Assembly: GCA_003971905.1 (NCBI GenBank)
Contig: RSEE01000045.1
Span: 434,001-498,000, forward strand
Source of the DNA: Moniliella sp. 'wahieum'
Lineage: Eukaryota
Direction: 5' to 3'
Length of the DNA: 64,000 bases
The notes beneath the pieces were generated by a model. The model did not search any database, was not told the origin of the DNA, and saw only the letters and a list, made by a program, of their open reading frames with translations. Both the position numbers and the translations under genes were made by a program. The first letter of the stretch is position 1, and each line of letters begins with the position of its first letter. Shown piece after piece: positions 50,680 to 63,239 of this stretch.

Positions 50680-52396
50680 ATGGCGGCTGCCCCCCCAGCC
50701 CAGAGCCCACCCCCTCCCGGACCCGCTGGACGGCCTCCGCGTCCAGGCACTTGCGCCCGGCGGCTTGGAAGGCTCCGACTTCTTCTCCGCCGCGCGCCGC
50801 CGCCGCCGTGCATGGCTGCGTTTGCTCCACCTCCCTGGCCCTACTACCGCCTCCCCCCTCGAACTGCCCCCCGATAGCCCCGGACCCAAGAGCCCCGTCC
50901 GCGTCAGCTCGGAACCTTCAGTGACGGTGCAACACACTGACTCCTCGTCCCGCCAGCGCGCCCCCTCTGTCTGTTCAGCGTCCTCGGCGGATGGCCCGCG
51001 CGACGGCCGCTGTGGCTCCCTGCCCCCTCACGCCGACGAGCGGCAAGTTCGACTCGACGTTCGCCGCAGCTTTGTATCGGGCTGGATCAGCGATGCCGAT
51101 CGTCCCGCACGACGGGCGCAGCTGTACGAAGTCGTGGTCTGCACCCTGCGTTCCTACCCGGCGCTGGCGTACTACCAAGGCTACCACGACCTCGTCTCTG
51201 TCGTGCTCCTGACCGTGGCGCCCGAACTGGACCAGGCGTACTGTGCCGAGCCCGACATTGAGTGGGAGGCCAGTCTGCCCGCTGGTCTTCCCCCGACGAG
51301 GCGCGGATGGCCAAGGCAGTCACTGCACGCATCACACTTCATATCCTGCGCGACCACTTGGCCACCACGTTTGCCCCCACCATGGCCCACCTCCAGCTGC
51401 TCACGCGTGCGGTCCAAACGCAGCCTGCGCTGAGCACCATCGAGCTAGCCGAGGGGCCGGGCCGGTGTTTGCCCTGTCCTGGCTGCTGACCTGCTTTGCC
51501 CATGACTTGGACTTGGCTTCGTCCCAGCGCGTCTTGGATGGCGTGCTGGCCTACGGCCCTTCCTTTGTCGTATGGCTGGCGGTGCAGATGCTCTTGGTGC
51601 GTCTGTCGCAGCTGGAGGAGACGGAGACTCCGGCCGACTGGGCCGCCTGGCATGCTGCGCTCCAACAGCTTCCTCGCGTCGTCCCCGACTGGGGCGGAAC
51701 CGATACCAGTGACACTGACACGGAGGAGCAGCCGCCCTGTCTCCCACCCGCTCCGTTTCCTCGACTCGTTTACCTCGTCGCTTAGGGACAGCCCTGCCTC
51801 GAGCCCAGGACGAAGACGGAACCTAGCACGTGCGCTGGTCGCCAAACCTTCCTCTCTCGCCTTGATCCAGTGGAGCGACCCGGCCGAATCCTTCGAAGAT
51901 CCCGATGTCACCCTGCCCGACGAGACCTTCCATCGACTCGCTTGCGTCGGCACTCGCTCTGCGCCCCCGTCTCCTCGACCGCTGTCGCAGCCCCGCCACG
52001 CCACCGCCTCGGTCGCGCTGAGCTCGTCCTTCACGCCGCCCGCGACCTGCAGTTGCGCCACCACCTGCGCTGCAAATTGAAGCCACCATGGGCGCAGCCA
52101 GCGTGCTGGTCAGCTGGGACCACACCCCGGCCCCACAGCCCCGGCACAGGAGTGGCCCCAGACCGACCAAACCGCTCTCGAGCATCTCCGCCTTCTCCCG
52201 CACACGCTCACCCCGCCTTGTGCCCCGCCTCCTTCGCCTCCCCCCTCTCCCCCTCCTCCCCCCTCTTGCCGTTGACCAAGTCTTCCCGCCTACAGCTCCC
52301 GTTCCAGGGAGAGTACCTGATGGCAGCAGCCTTGTGGCCCTGGTCGCGCTTCTGGTCCGCCTGTTCTGGTGGCGGTTCCCTACCCTGTGGATTTAG
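50680..52396 (+). CDS. TBC-domain Rab GAP (Gyp8/TBC1D20-like) with a C-terminal TM
   Basis: DERQVRLDVRRSF (R finger), YYQGYHDL (Q finger), FALSWLLTCFAHD, hydrophobic tail LVALVALLVRLFWW. Frameshifted. Confidence 0.85.
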
Positions 52397-52651
52397 ATGA
52401 TACCCCCGTCCCCCGCCCCATGATCCTATCCATAATCTTATGTCGTTCAGAGAAAGGGAGTGCAGAACTAAGAGCATTGCATGAAAGACGTTCCCCCGGC
52501 CCAAAAAAGGAAGGAAAAAAGTAGTAAGGCGAGGGGACGGTATGGCACAGGAACACGAGACACGTAGCACAACCAAGCAGCCTCTGCGTACGCCTCCGCG
52601 TACGCCTACGCCTTTGCTTTCCGCCGCCCGAGCAAGGTGGCCTTGCCCAAC

Positions 52652-54607
52652 TCAACTCAACGGTCCAGACTCATGGTCGTCGAGGTTGAGCCGAGCAAAT
52701 CGGTCAACGCCCACGTCTTCCTTTGCGCTCGTAGGTTCCACTTGGATGCGTGGGTGCGTGGATCGGGGTCGGTTCGGTCGTAGCTTGGCCTGGGCCTGAG
52801 TTTTGAGCTCCAGCGTTCGTAGTGGTCGGGTCGGTGGAACCCTTGCGCGTTGGCTCGACGGCATCTGAATCTTCCAACACATTCTCTTCCTCCTCCTCCT
52901 CTCATTTTCCTCGTTCAGCCCCAGCAGCGCCATGTCTTGCGGTGCATACCCCAAGGATTTCCGATGCGCCGCCTCCTCTTCAGCTCGGTGCAGCGCATAG
53001 GACACATCGAACGCCTCTCTCAATTGCGTCAGACCCGGACTGGGCAACGCCCGCCGCGGCCCTCGCGTGGCGGCGAGTAAAGGCGAGTCCAGCCCCGCTT
53101 CTTGGTCTCGCTCGGCAGGGATGAAGGAGTGATACTGCGCACCGAACGAATGGACGGCGCAGGCGAGCGGCCCGAGTACGTCGATACCGCCGGACTCTTA
53201 CTCAGGCGTTCCCAATTCGTCGACGCGGCGTTGCCCGGCGCTCGGTTGCACCACGGATGGGCAAGAAACTCGTCAATGGTGTACGTTTCTTGGGGTCCAC
53301 AGTGAGCAGGTGCTGGACCAAATCTTTGGCTTCCTCCGACACCTCGTCCCCCACGGAGACAGGAACTCATACTCGCCCTTGGCCACCTTGCGCATCAAGT
53401 TGGGGATGCTTTCGTCGTAAAAGGGTGGGAAGCCACAGAGAAGCGTGTACAGCACGCATCCCAAGGCCCACATGTCCACATCTTGCTGTACCGCTGGTCC
53501 CGCACAATTTCCGGCGCCGTGTACCCGGCAGTGCCACAGGGCGTGGCGGTAAACTGTTCCCAAACCACCTTGCTCAATCCAAAATCGGCCAACTTGACCC
53601 GCCCAATCCCGCCACCCCCCACGCCGTCGGTAAACACCCCTTCGTCCGCCTTTCCATCGTCATACGGCCGTGCAGCACGCTGTGCTGCCAACACAGACGG
53701 ATCGGTCGGGGTAAAGGCAATCTCGTCAAACAGCAGATTCTCGGGCTTAATTCGCGGTGGACCACCCCCTTTTCTTCGTGCAGATAGCGGATGGCATGGG
53801 CGACCTGGGTGATGACGTGGCGCGAGAGAGGTTCGGAGAGGTAGGTAAGCGCCGCAATCCGTTCAAACAGTTCGCCGCCATTCGCCCACTCGAGATGAGA
53901 AAGTAATACTCTTTGCTTTCGCCAAATCCAGCAGACGGATGATGTGGGGTGCCGCACGTTGCGCATGATCTGCACCTCTTTCAGTACCGACCCCCTGCGG
54001 CGGCGTGAGCTCGAACTTGCGCACAGCCTTGACCGCCACATCCGCCCCGCTGCGCCGGTCCCGCGCATGGTACACATGCTAAACGCCCCCTCGCCCAGCT
54101 TGGACAGAAGAATGTAGTTGACCATGCAGGCTGCAGTGAACTTGGGCAGGTTGCGCGCGCCGACGACGCGCTCGTCCTGGACCAGCTTCTCGGCTAGCTC
54201 GCGGTGGCCCGACCAGCAGGTTGGCGGGAATGCTCCAGTTGCCATTGTCGACGCGCGACACGCGGGACGAGAGGGTGGAGATGGAGGTGCGCTTGGGATC
54301 GCGCTTCTCCTCCTCGAGGGCAGCACCGCATCGGGGGCAAGGAGGTGGGGGCGCGGGGGCATCGGTCGAACGCGACTCGGGGAGCGAGTTGACAGCAGAG
54401 AGGAGCGAGGCTGGCCGACACTGCCGCGGCTGCCGCGCGTGCGGCGGACGGCGGACGAGAGTTTTTGGCGGATGGAGGAGTGGCGGCGGGTGCGGGGCTC
54501 GGGATGGGGGTCGCCGGGAGCAAGTTCGTCGCCGCTGTCGTCGCTGTCGGCGAGGGCGCTCTCGTCGCGGCGGCGTTGCGGAGGGCAAGCTTGAGGCCGC
54601 CGAGCAT
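52652..54607 (-). CDS. CAMK-group kinase, Rck2/Srk1-like
   Basis: KLGEGAFS, VAVKAVRKFEL, VLKEVQIMR, GGELFERI..LTYLSEPLSRHVITQVAHAIRYLHEEKGVVHR, DEGVF..GVGGGGIGRVKLADFGLSKVVW, TPCGTAGYTAPE, GFPPFYDESI, LREAFDVSYALHRAEEE. Confidence 0.9.
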
Positions 54608-56569
54608 GCTGGCTGGCGATGGGGTGGCGGTGAGGCAAGCGGGGGTGGGGGCGCAAGGGGCAGAGCGCAGCCCAGCCTGCCGTCGCCGACGCGACCGGCG
54701 CAGCGCTGCGCCTGCCATGCCTTCCCCCGGCGGCCAGGGTGACGTCACACACGGCGCCGTGCGGCCGCTGGCGCCGCCTGCACCCGGCGGCTCCCCCGCG
54801 GCCCAGCACCGCACTCGGCCGCTGCGGTGCTTACGTGGACCGCCCATGTCCGGCGTGCTGACGTACTGGCGACCGCTTGTAAACGTGATGTGTATCGTTG
54901 CGGGTCGGCCGGTCAGGTGACCAGCGACCGGACTAGCTGCGGTGCAGCTGAAACTGGGCTGGGTTATGGGCTGCGCAGCGCAGAGACAGGATCGCGAGAG
55001 GATAGGATAGCTGGATATAGACGAGCAGAAGCGGCCGTCTAGCGCTTCCTCGCATCATCAGTCTGGACCACGGAGCGCACTCGCGCCAAAATCCTAGGAT
55101 TTCTTCTTCTCCCGACTGGTTCTGAGATGGAATCAGAAGATGCAACTGGCTTTTGGCTGGGGAGGGGAGCAAACCGTGGGCGTGAGTGGGAGCAAGTGGC
55201 ACGGCCCTTCCTCTCGTTCCAGACTCGTGGTGTGTAACGGTCGTCTCCATTCCCCTCCTGGGTTAATTGATGGTGGTGCGGATAATGGCCAGGAACCCCA
55301 CAGCGAGTATGTGTGACAGGCGGCGGCCGAGATGGAGGTTGTATCCAGCGGAGTCACCGTCTTGTACAGGCGTTTTCTCCGCTCGATTCAACAGGTGGAG
55401 GAGGTAAAGATAGGTCAATCAGCCCCCCACAAGTAAATCTCGTCGCCACCCTACACAGTACATCTCGCCGCCGAACGCGACGGCTCCACCCTCTTCGTGC
55501 AAAGGAAGCATGGCGCAGATTGGCGCCAGTGTAGTAGAGCGAGGTAGGGTCGGAGCCATTGTCGCCCATCCGCAGTGCCGTGGTAGGCGTGGGGGATCGG
55601 TTTGAAACAGGTGCAAACCTTCTTTTATGGTTCCTTGTTTCCCTGCTGCAGAGGGGATGCCAATCAGCAGCGAGTACGAACTCCATCTCTAGCAAGCGGG
55701 CCAACAGCGCCACACATTCCGTCACAATTGCGCACGAACGCGTCCCGCTTGCCCTCGGGCCACAAATCTTCCTTGCTCATTAAAGTCAAAACGGTGATGC
55801 GGGCAGGGTAGGTGCAGATTCACCACCTCCCCCCCGTCGTCTCGTCCAACACACCCCGCTCTGTGGCGGCAGAGTCAGGGGATGCTGAATCCGCGCCAGC
55901 TGCGCAGAATCGGAGACATCGTCCTCGACCGATGTCGAGCTGGCCGTCGGCTGGTGCGGGTCAGATCGGGCTGGGAGCGTGACGAATGGCCACAATAAGG
56001 CGCACTAGCGACGCACCCATGGTCGCGGAAGGCGATTAAGGTGGATAGCGTCGAAGCTAATGCAGCGGGATGGGATCGCAGGTCAGCAGCTGGGGCTTGA
56101 GAGCTGGACTGAAGAATTAGTAGAGGGTGCACCTATGGCAGCAGTTCTCCTGCCTTTCGGTCTCACTCGGCCCGCTCTGGTCCCACTCGCCCCAAGCGGA
56201 ATGCTCGGTTGGGTTCTGCGTACCAATGCCAGGGGATGTGGTTGCAAGTTGTTCCCGATGGCTTCTGTCTCCAGAGACCAGAGAGCAGCGAGAGCGGCAT
56301 TTGGCGTGTCGACGAGAAAAAGAGATTATGCCGCTTACCCGGCCGGCAGTGCTTAATGCTTGCCGACTGTGTGGGGCGTGGTGCAAGTGCCGTAAGCCTG
56401 TGGCGCTTCCCACCTCTCAGATTGAGATCTCAGACTGGAATCTCGTATCTCCATCACAGATTCGTGGCAGCCCAAGTCCTAACAAACGCCCAAGCTTATA
56501 TAAATTGCAGTGTGTCCCTCACTCGTCACTTGCCTTCACATGTGCTCTCCCCAACTCGGCGCTTCGAGA

Positions 56570-57235
56570 GGCTGAGATGGCTCGGCTGGCTCGGGACTGC
56601 TCGGGGGCTCAGGCTGAGCGTACTGAGTGTGCACTGAGCTGAGTGCTGAGCTCAGCGCGCTCAGCGCTCACCAGTTGCTCAGTTGTATCAGGGATGCATG
56701 ATGCATGACGGTTAGAACTCAAATTGGCTTTGTTCTTCGTCCACGTAACCGCGTAACCACGTACCACCTGTCACAGTCACGTGTCACACACTAAAGTGCC
56801 CTCTAGTGCGCTCGGACCCCCATGGGGCGCAAGGCCAGTGTTATCGATTATCTCGGGCGGCTTGGACCCGGAGGGATGTACAGACAGCAGCTATGTTTTG
56901 CTCCGGCGGCGTTTGGCAACAATGGCAAGACCCTAGCCTGAGCGTACTCAGACTGAGCACGGACAGTACTGGCATGGTCGATAGTATGTGCCAAAACCAC
57001 CGGAGAGGACAGCGTACATTCTTGCCGTGTGGCATGCCGCGGCACCTTCCCAAACGCAAGCGCACACTTGCGTGTCCTGTGGTCCAAATCCTTTCTAGTC
57101 CATATTAGTCTTTTGGTGCGCACATTCGTTTAACGTTGAACGTTCAGTTGAACGTTGATGGAGAAATGCTTCAGAAGACTTGACTAGCTTTTAGATGTGG
57201 CATAAGGCATGTGACATGTGACATGTGACATGAGA
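56570..57235. repeat. Cluster of [TNA][4-bp palindrome] micro-arrays between the kinase and Amt genes
   Basis: TCA-gcgcgc-TCA-gcgc-TCA near 56652-56670, tgca-TGA-tgca-TGA at 56695-56708, TTA-acgt-TGA-acgt-TCA at 57130-57146, (catg-TGA)3-catg at 57208-57232. Confidence 0.8.
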
Positions 57236-57362
57236 GCCGTATCTAGCTGCTGCTGGCCAGGGCTCCTTTCAGTGACCTGCCGTGCCATCCAGCCACCGCC
57301 CACCGCCCATCCTGGCAACCCCCCGGCCCCACACTGGCACCTCCTGCCACCCCCCGGCAACC

Positions 57363-57389
57363 GATAAGCATACCAGCATCGTGCTTATC
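57363..57389. promoter_or_regulatory. Paired GATAAG/CTTATC elements upstream of the ammonium transporter (candidate nitrogen-regulatory GATA sites)
   Basis: GATAAG at 57363-57368 and CTTATC at 57384-57389, with further TTATC at 56841 and 56848. Fungal Amt/Mep genes are established GATA-factor targets. Confidence 0.45.
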
Positions 57390-57875
57390 TCAGATCTCAC
57401 TGTGCTCAGTGCCACTAGGTCACTCCCCCGCTTATTAGCGCTTACCTCTTCTCCTCCCCCCCCCTTGGGGGCATTTTCGCTTCGGCAGTGATATTCCTAG
57501 CAGAGTGCCAGTCTGCCCCACTTCTCTGCGTCGCTGCCCCTCTCAGATATCATTAATCATTGTCCTCGATATCGATCATCGGCCATTGTTGATACTGGTA
57601 CTACTGAGATTGGCCCTCTCCATCGGAACTGCACTCGTCTGTCTTACTACTTACTTCTCATCGATCTCAGTACATCAGTACTCGTGTACCAGCACACCAT
57701 CTTCCGCTGCAGCAGCCCAGCACGAATCCCCCGCTGAAAAAGACACCAGTAGCGAGTCAGCTATATAGGCAGCCCCCCGAGTTGTCGTCCATCCGGACGA
57801 GCCGCCTATATTATACCCCCTTGTGATCACTCTCATTTCCTTCCGGATCTTCGCCCCCCCTCCCCAATCCACTCG

Positions 57876-59357
57876 ATGGACACCATCGCTGCACCTACAA
57901 TGCAACCCTCACCCACGACGGCAACATTTCCTTCTGGGTCGACGGAACGGAGCTGGTGTCAATCTGGCGACCTGGCCTGGATGATCACCGCCTCCGCCCG
58001 GTCATGCGATGATTCCCGGTCTGGGTTACTTTTACGGTGGCCTGCTACGGCGCAAGAATGCCCTATCGATGATCTGGATGAGTGTCGCCGTCATGGCCGT
58101 CGTCTTCTTTGAATGGTTCTTCTGGGCTTCTCTCTCGCCTTCTCCCCTACCGGCAGCGGTTTCATCGGCGACCTTAAGCACTTGGCTGATCAATGTTGAT
58201 CTTCACCCTCCTCGGGCTCACCGGCCATCCCACAACTTCTCTTTTGTTTGTATCAGGCATGTTTGCCGCCATCACCCCGGTCATTGCTTGTGTGGGTTTT
58301 GCCGACCGGGCAAGATTGGGACCGATGCTGCTCTTCTCGTTTTGCTGGGCTACCATTGTGTACAACCCCATCGCTAATGCTACTTGGAACTGGCGCGTCG
58401 GCTGGTCCAACAATATGGTGGCCTCGACTTTGCCGGTGGCACGCCTGTGCACACGGCGTCGGGCGTGAGTGCGCTGGCGATCAGCATGTTCTTGGGAAAA
58501 CGAAGCGGATACGGGACGGATCGGCTGGCCTACCGTCCTTACAATGTGTCCCACGTTATCCTTGGCACCGTCTTTCTCTGGGTCGGCTGGATCGGGTTCA
58601 ATGGCGGCTCGGCCTTGGGCGCCAACCTGCGTGCGGTCCAGGCTTCGATGGTCACCATTGTGGCTGCCAGCGTGGGGGGGGTGACGTGGATGCTATGGGA
58701 TTACCGCTTGGAGCGCAAGTGGTCCGCGGTGGGTTTTGCTCGGGAGTGATTAGCGGGTTGGTGGCCATCACCCCAGGTAGCGGGTACGTCTCCACACCGT
58801 CCAGTCTGGTGTTTGGTGTGGTGGGCGCGACGGCGTGCAACTTTGGTACGGGACTCAAGACCATACTTCAGATTGACGATTCGCTCGACATTTTTGCCGC
58901 CCATGCCATTGGCGGGATTGCGGGCAACTTGTTGACCGGGTTGTTTGCCGACCAGCGGGTCGCATCCTTTGACCTATCCACTCCGATCCCCGGCGGGTGG
59001 ATCAACCACCACTACATCCAGCTCGCATACCAATTGGCCGACTCGTGCTACGGTGTAGGGTGGAGCTTTGTCGTCACATTGCTTCTGCTCTTTGTGATTG
59101 ATCGGATTCCTTATTGCCACTTCCTCCGCGTCACAGAGGAGGAAGGTTACTGGGTATCGACTTGGCTCAAGTGGGCGAAGAGGCAATGTACCAGCCCTTG
59201 GGCAGCAGAGGTACAGAACCCCCACTCTGGCATCAGTATCACCATGCCCGACTTGACCTCCAACGACCACACCAGCGGATACGAGAAGGCCATCTCACAA
59301 TACCCTGATGAATGGGTACCCGGTAACCTTTACCCTCCTATATATCTGCTTGCATGA
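57876..59357 (+). CDS. Ammonium transporter (Amt/Mep family)
   Basis: GDLAWMITASA, MIPGLGYFYGGLLRRKNALS, MFAAITP, GGLDFAGGTPVH, FLWVGWIGFNGGSA, GLVAITPGSGYV, IDDSLDIFAAHAIGG. Both pore histidines are present. Frameshifted. Confidence 0.95.
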
Positions 59358-60767
59358 GTAGTTCGGTCAATATCTGTAACTTCCCCCCATTTCCTTCGTT
59401 ACCCATTTGGGTCGGGTGGTCGCTCGTTTGCTTGGCCTGGGTCGCGCCTTAAAATTTGGCGCGTAGTCGTTCTTGTAACCTGTCCATATCTACCGTCTTC
59501 GCCTCCAGCCCCCCCCCCCCCCACCCGTCACGTGCAGGTCGGAGAGCAGTAGGGTTGTTGGCACTTTTCTTTGCACCCTCCGATATGGAAAGTAGAGATA
59601 ATACAGTGCACTACGTTTAGTGGTCGTGCTAGTACCCCGCACACCCACTGGCCACAGCGCAAACCATCCCAGCTTCCATCCCTGGACCAATCTCGCCAAA
59701 ACCAACCTTTGCCTACGATACGCACAAGGGATAGTCGGTCTGCTTTCCATCTGCCCCCAAGAAAGGCTCATAATAACGCTGATCGACTGCAGAAAACCCG
59801 TTCATTATATGAGGCTTGTTGTGCTAGAAATCCGACGGAGTATTGTGGATTCCAGCCAACAGTACGCATGCACTGGCAACGACAGGAGCGGCACGGTGTA
59901 TGGATCCGGTGGCCAAATCGAGACATCAAGCCAGAGTGCTATTAGCGGAATGGGACGTGTCAGATAGCTGACATGTGCTGAGTCATGTTCCTTGCTGTAA
60001 GCTGTCTACGACTTTTGCCCCTTTTTCCTGGAACAGATTCGCCCGCCATCTTCTCTTTTTCTCTCTCTCTATACCCTTTCACATCCAGACAGTCAACAAA
60101 GAGCATAGGGGATATCCGTCACGGCTCTCTTCCTTGTGGGCCTGTTGGTTCACCGGCACCGGCCATCCCGCCTCGCTCCCCGCATCTCGACCTGATGATG
60201 CCAGTGCCCCCACCCGCCCATTTTATCGTTGTGTTTCTCAATACAGCAACGGTTCAAAGGCTTCCAAGCTGCGAGAGGCCATGCCAACCAACCCCTCATC
60301 TCTCAGATCTCAGCCCTGACCGTGAAAAGATGCATGCACGGATGAGAAATGCCTGTGAGTAGAATTTCTACGGACTTGAATACCTATAGAAGCAGAATCC
60401 GAACTGGGGGACAAAGGCCAAGCAACATATGTGACATGGTTTCATCCAAAGACTGGAGGCGCGGTCGCAACCATTACTTGGACAGAGCATGGGGGGAGGT
60501 GCATGCAAAAGAACCATACAGTAAAGAGCAGACGAATGTTCGGTTACAAAGGATGAAATCCGTGGGTAGGTGGGCGGTGGATTTCAGCCCATGAGGCCTG
60601 GTAAACGGAGAAGTGAAAGGAAAGGGGAAAGGCCTGCTTGGGGGGGGGGGTTATGAAGAGGGGGAGAAAAGAAGCCGATACTGAATGATGACAAGGGTTA
60701 TAAAGGCTGATGCGCTTGGTCCAGATCGGAGGGAGCCAGCCAGCGCAACTGCCACTGCAGAGGCCGG

Positions 60768-62460
60768 TTAGTTGTCCGACGAAGCGTACTGGGACCTCGC
60801 ACGGATCGATGGGCCGATCTTGAAGAAGATGAATGGAATGGGAGCCATGGCGCAGCAGACAAAGGCCATCAGGGTGAACGCCCATTGGTTTTGCATCTTG
60901 TGGAACATCTGGGTACTGAAGAGAGGAACCGAGGCACCACAGAGCGAACGGGCCAAGGTCTTGGCAGCCAACGCCGAGGCGGCCTGCCGCGGGTACACGT
61001 CCACAATGTATGCGTTGGCCGCAATGTAGATGGCGACAAAGGCAAAGCCCATCGGAATCAACGCAATCATCGAACCCGACCAGTGCACATGCGGCATACT
61101 GGTCCAAGCCAAAATGAACATCGAGATTGGCAAGATCACGGCACCCACCATCATCAGGGGAAGACGGTCTTCAGGGGTGTTGTTGCGTTCCAGCCCACGC
61201 TTATGGTACCACCGCTCGTGCACGAAAAACACATAGAGGTTCGCCAACAGAATTCCTACCACCAGAGCAAGGAAGATGAGACCCACTTCACCAGCGTTGA
61301 ATCCGTGGCCCTCGTCGTACACGATCGGCAAGGCGAAGAAGAGAAGATACAGAAGAGCTGAGGGAGGGTCAGTAAGGTTGGTTGCCAACAATCCTCAAAA
61401 GCAGAAGTGGGGAAGGGGGGTTGACGTACCATACACAAGACAGAGGTAGCCCGAGAAAAGGATGATCAGCGGCTCACTGACCAACATGAGGAAAGGAATG
61501 AGCACGGACGTCCTGACGATATCGCCAATCGACCGCTTGCCCACACGCTCGTTCGCCGTCGAGTAGCGTTCGTCGCCCGTTTCCTTGCGCAGCTTCTTGG
61601 CACGCTTCTTGAGGATGACTGGGGCCAGCGTCTCGGGTGCAAAGAGACTGATAAAAAGATAATGCCCGTAAAGGCAAACAGGGTCCAGTAGATGTACCCA
61701 CCACGCCCGAGGGCTGTTGGTGCCCGTCTTGATGTAGCCACCGATCAAGGGACCAACGGAAGGACCAACGAAAATGACGGAAGAGAACATGGCCATCGGC
61801 ACACCCTTTTGCTCTGGCCTCCATACATCCGACAACGAGCCGCCCACATTGGTCATCGGGGCCGAAGCAGCCAGACCGGCAATCATACGACCGGACAAGA
61901 GCGTGGCAATGTTGGGAGCCAGCGCACACTGCATGTTGAAGATAAGTAGAGGAAGCCGCAGAGCAGGTACACAGGCTGCCGTCCAATCATCTCGGACAGC
62001 GAAGCGAAGAGCATGGGCCAAAGCCAAAGCCACAAACAAAGAGAGTGATGGTCAAGTTGATGGCTTCCATAGAGACCTTGAGCGATTTGGCAGCACCGTC
62101 CAGATCACCGGTAGGCATCGAAGAGCCAATGGCTACGTGAAACACAAGAGAGGTGAACATGGTGATGAACCATTTGCGGTTGGTCAACCAGTTCTTGGGG
62201 TTATCCGGATCCTCGGGGCCGAATTCGACGAGGAAAGGGTCGATCTGGTCTGCCTTCTCCGCATCGTCGATGCGGTCGAGGTACTCCTGGCTGACCAAAC
62301 TGCGCTCACCGTCATGGTCGAGGTCCAAGTTGGGGTTGGTGGGCTGGGGCATGCGAGCGGGGATGGGCTCCTCCTTGTTTTGCTTGAACGCCTCATCGGG
62401 GATGGAGGTGCGGTCAGATGCTACAGACGCAGGGCGCACGATGTCTTCAGTGACGGCCAT
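60768..62460 (-). CDS. MFS DHA1-family drug/polyamine:H+ antiporter
   Basis: VEFGPEDPDNPKNW, ITLFVCGFGFGP, CALAPNIATLLSGRMIAG, APMTNVGGSLSDVW, PETLAPVILKKRAKKLRKETG, PEDRLPLMMVG, YIVDVYPRQAASALAA. Intron about 61429-61339. Confidence 0.93.
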
Positions 62461-63239
62461 GCTGGGCAGGGATGGAGAAGGAGGGGAAGACGGGGATACG
62501 GGACAGGAATGGCGGAGGCGGGAGGGGGATTATATACTACGGGCCGTAGTGCGAGATGGAGCTCGGGGGGGCAGGCGGAGGGGATGCCTGAAAATGGGTG
62601 GTTCAGTTTACTAAAAGCAGACTGCTAAGCGTCCGTCGCAATAGTAGGCGGCGAGCGGCCAAACGGTGCAGATGACGAGAGATGGCAGACAAGACGGCGG
62701 GAGTGGGTGCCCCATTGGGGGCTGTGGGGATGTGCGGCAAACGATGGGCCATGATTGATCATGCATCGCCCAGGCGCTGATGCTGCGCTCAGCGCTCCCT
62801 CGTTACTCGTCACTAGTCATTCGAACCTGCAGCGGCCGAGACGAACATGCAGGTTGGATTAGATCTTGCTCTTGGCTCTGAGCGCCTTGTCATGCACCCG
62901 TCCTGTCCGCCCTGCCTCGATCAGGCAGCAGGGGACGCTGGCCCCGTGCCGCGCCTGCGCTCCGCCTGCATGCCAGTGCGGCCCCGTGCCCGTGCCCTGC
63001 GGGCCCCTGGGCCACTCGCCACGGGCCATCGGCCGTTGCTGGCACGTGAGGCAGGAGCATCGCATGGCGGCACTGCTGGCGCGTGGGCATGAGCAGCGGC
63101 GGAACGCGTCGAGTCTGATTTGATGCGTCGCTTGACCCCTGCCCCGCGCTAAGCCAGCCCCCACACCGCCCCCGTGCGGTCCCCGCAGTGGTTGTGTTAG
63201 CTGTCCCCACGGGCGTTTGAAATTGGAAGGACGGGAACG

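Noticed and set aside
49852..50877. 341-aa plus-strand ORF
   Set aside because: Mostly the antisense shadow of MEF2 in GC-rich DNA; only its 3' end overlaps the start of the TBC gene.
61774..62628. 284-aa plus-strand ORF
   Set aside because: Antisense to the MFS transporter.
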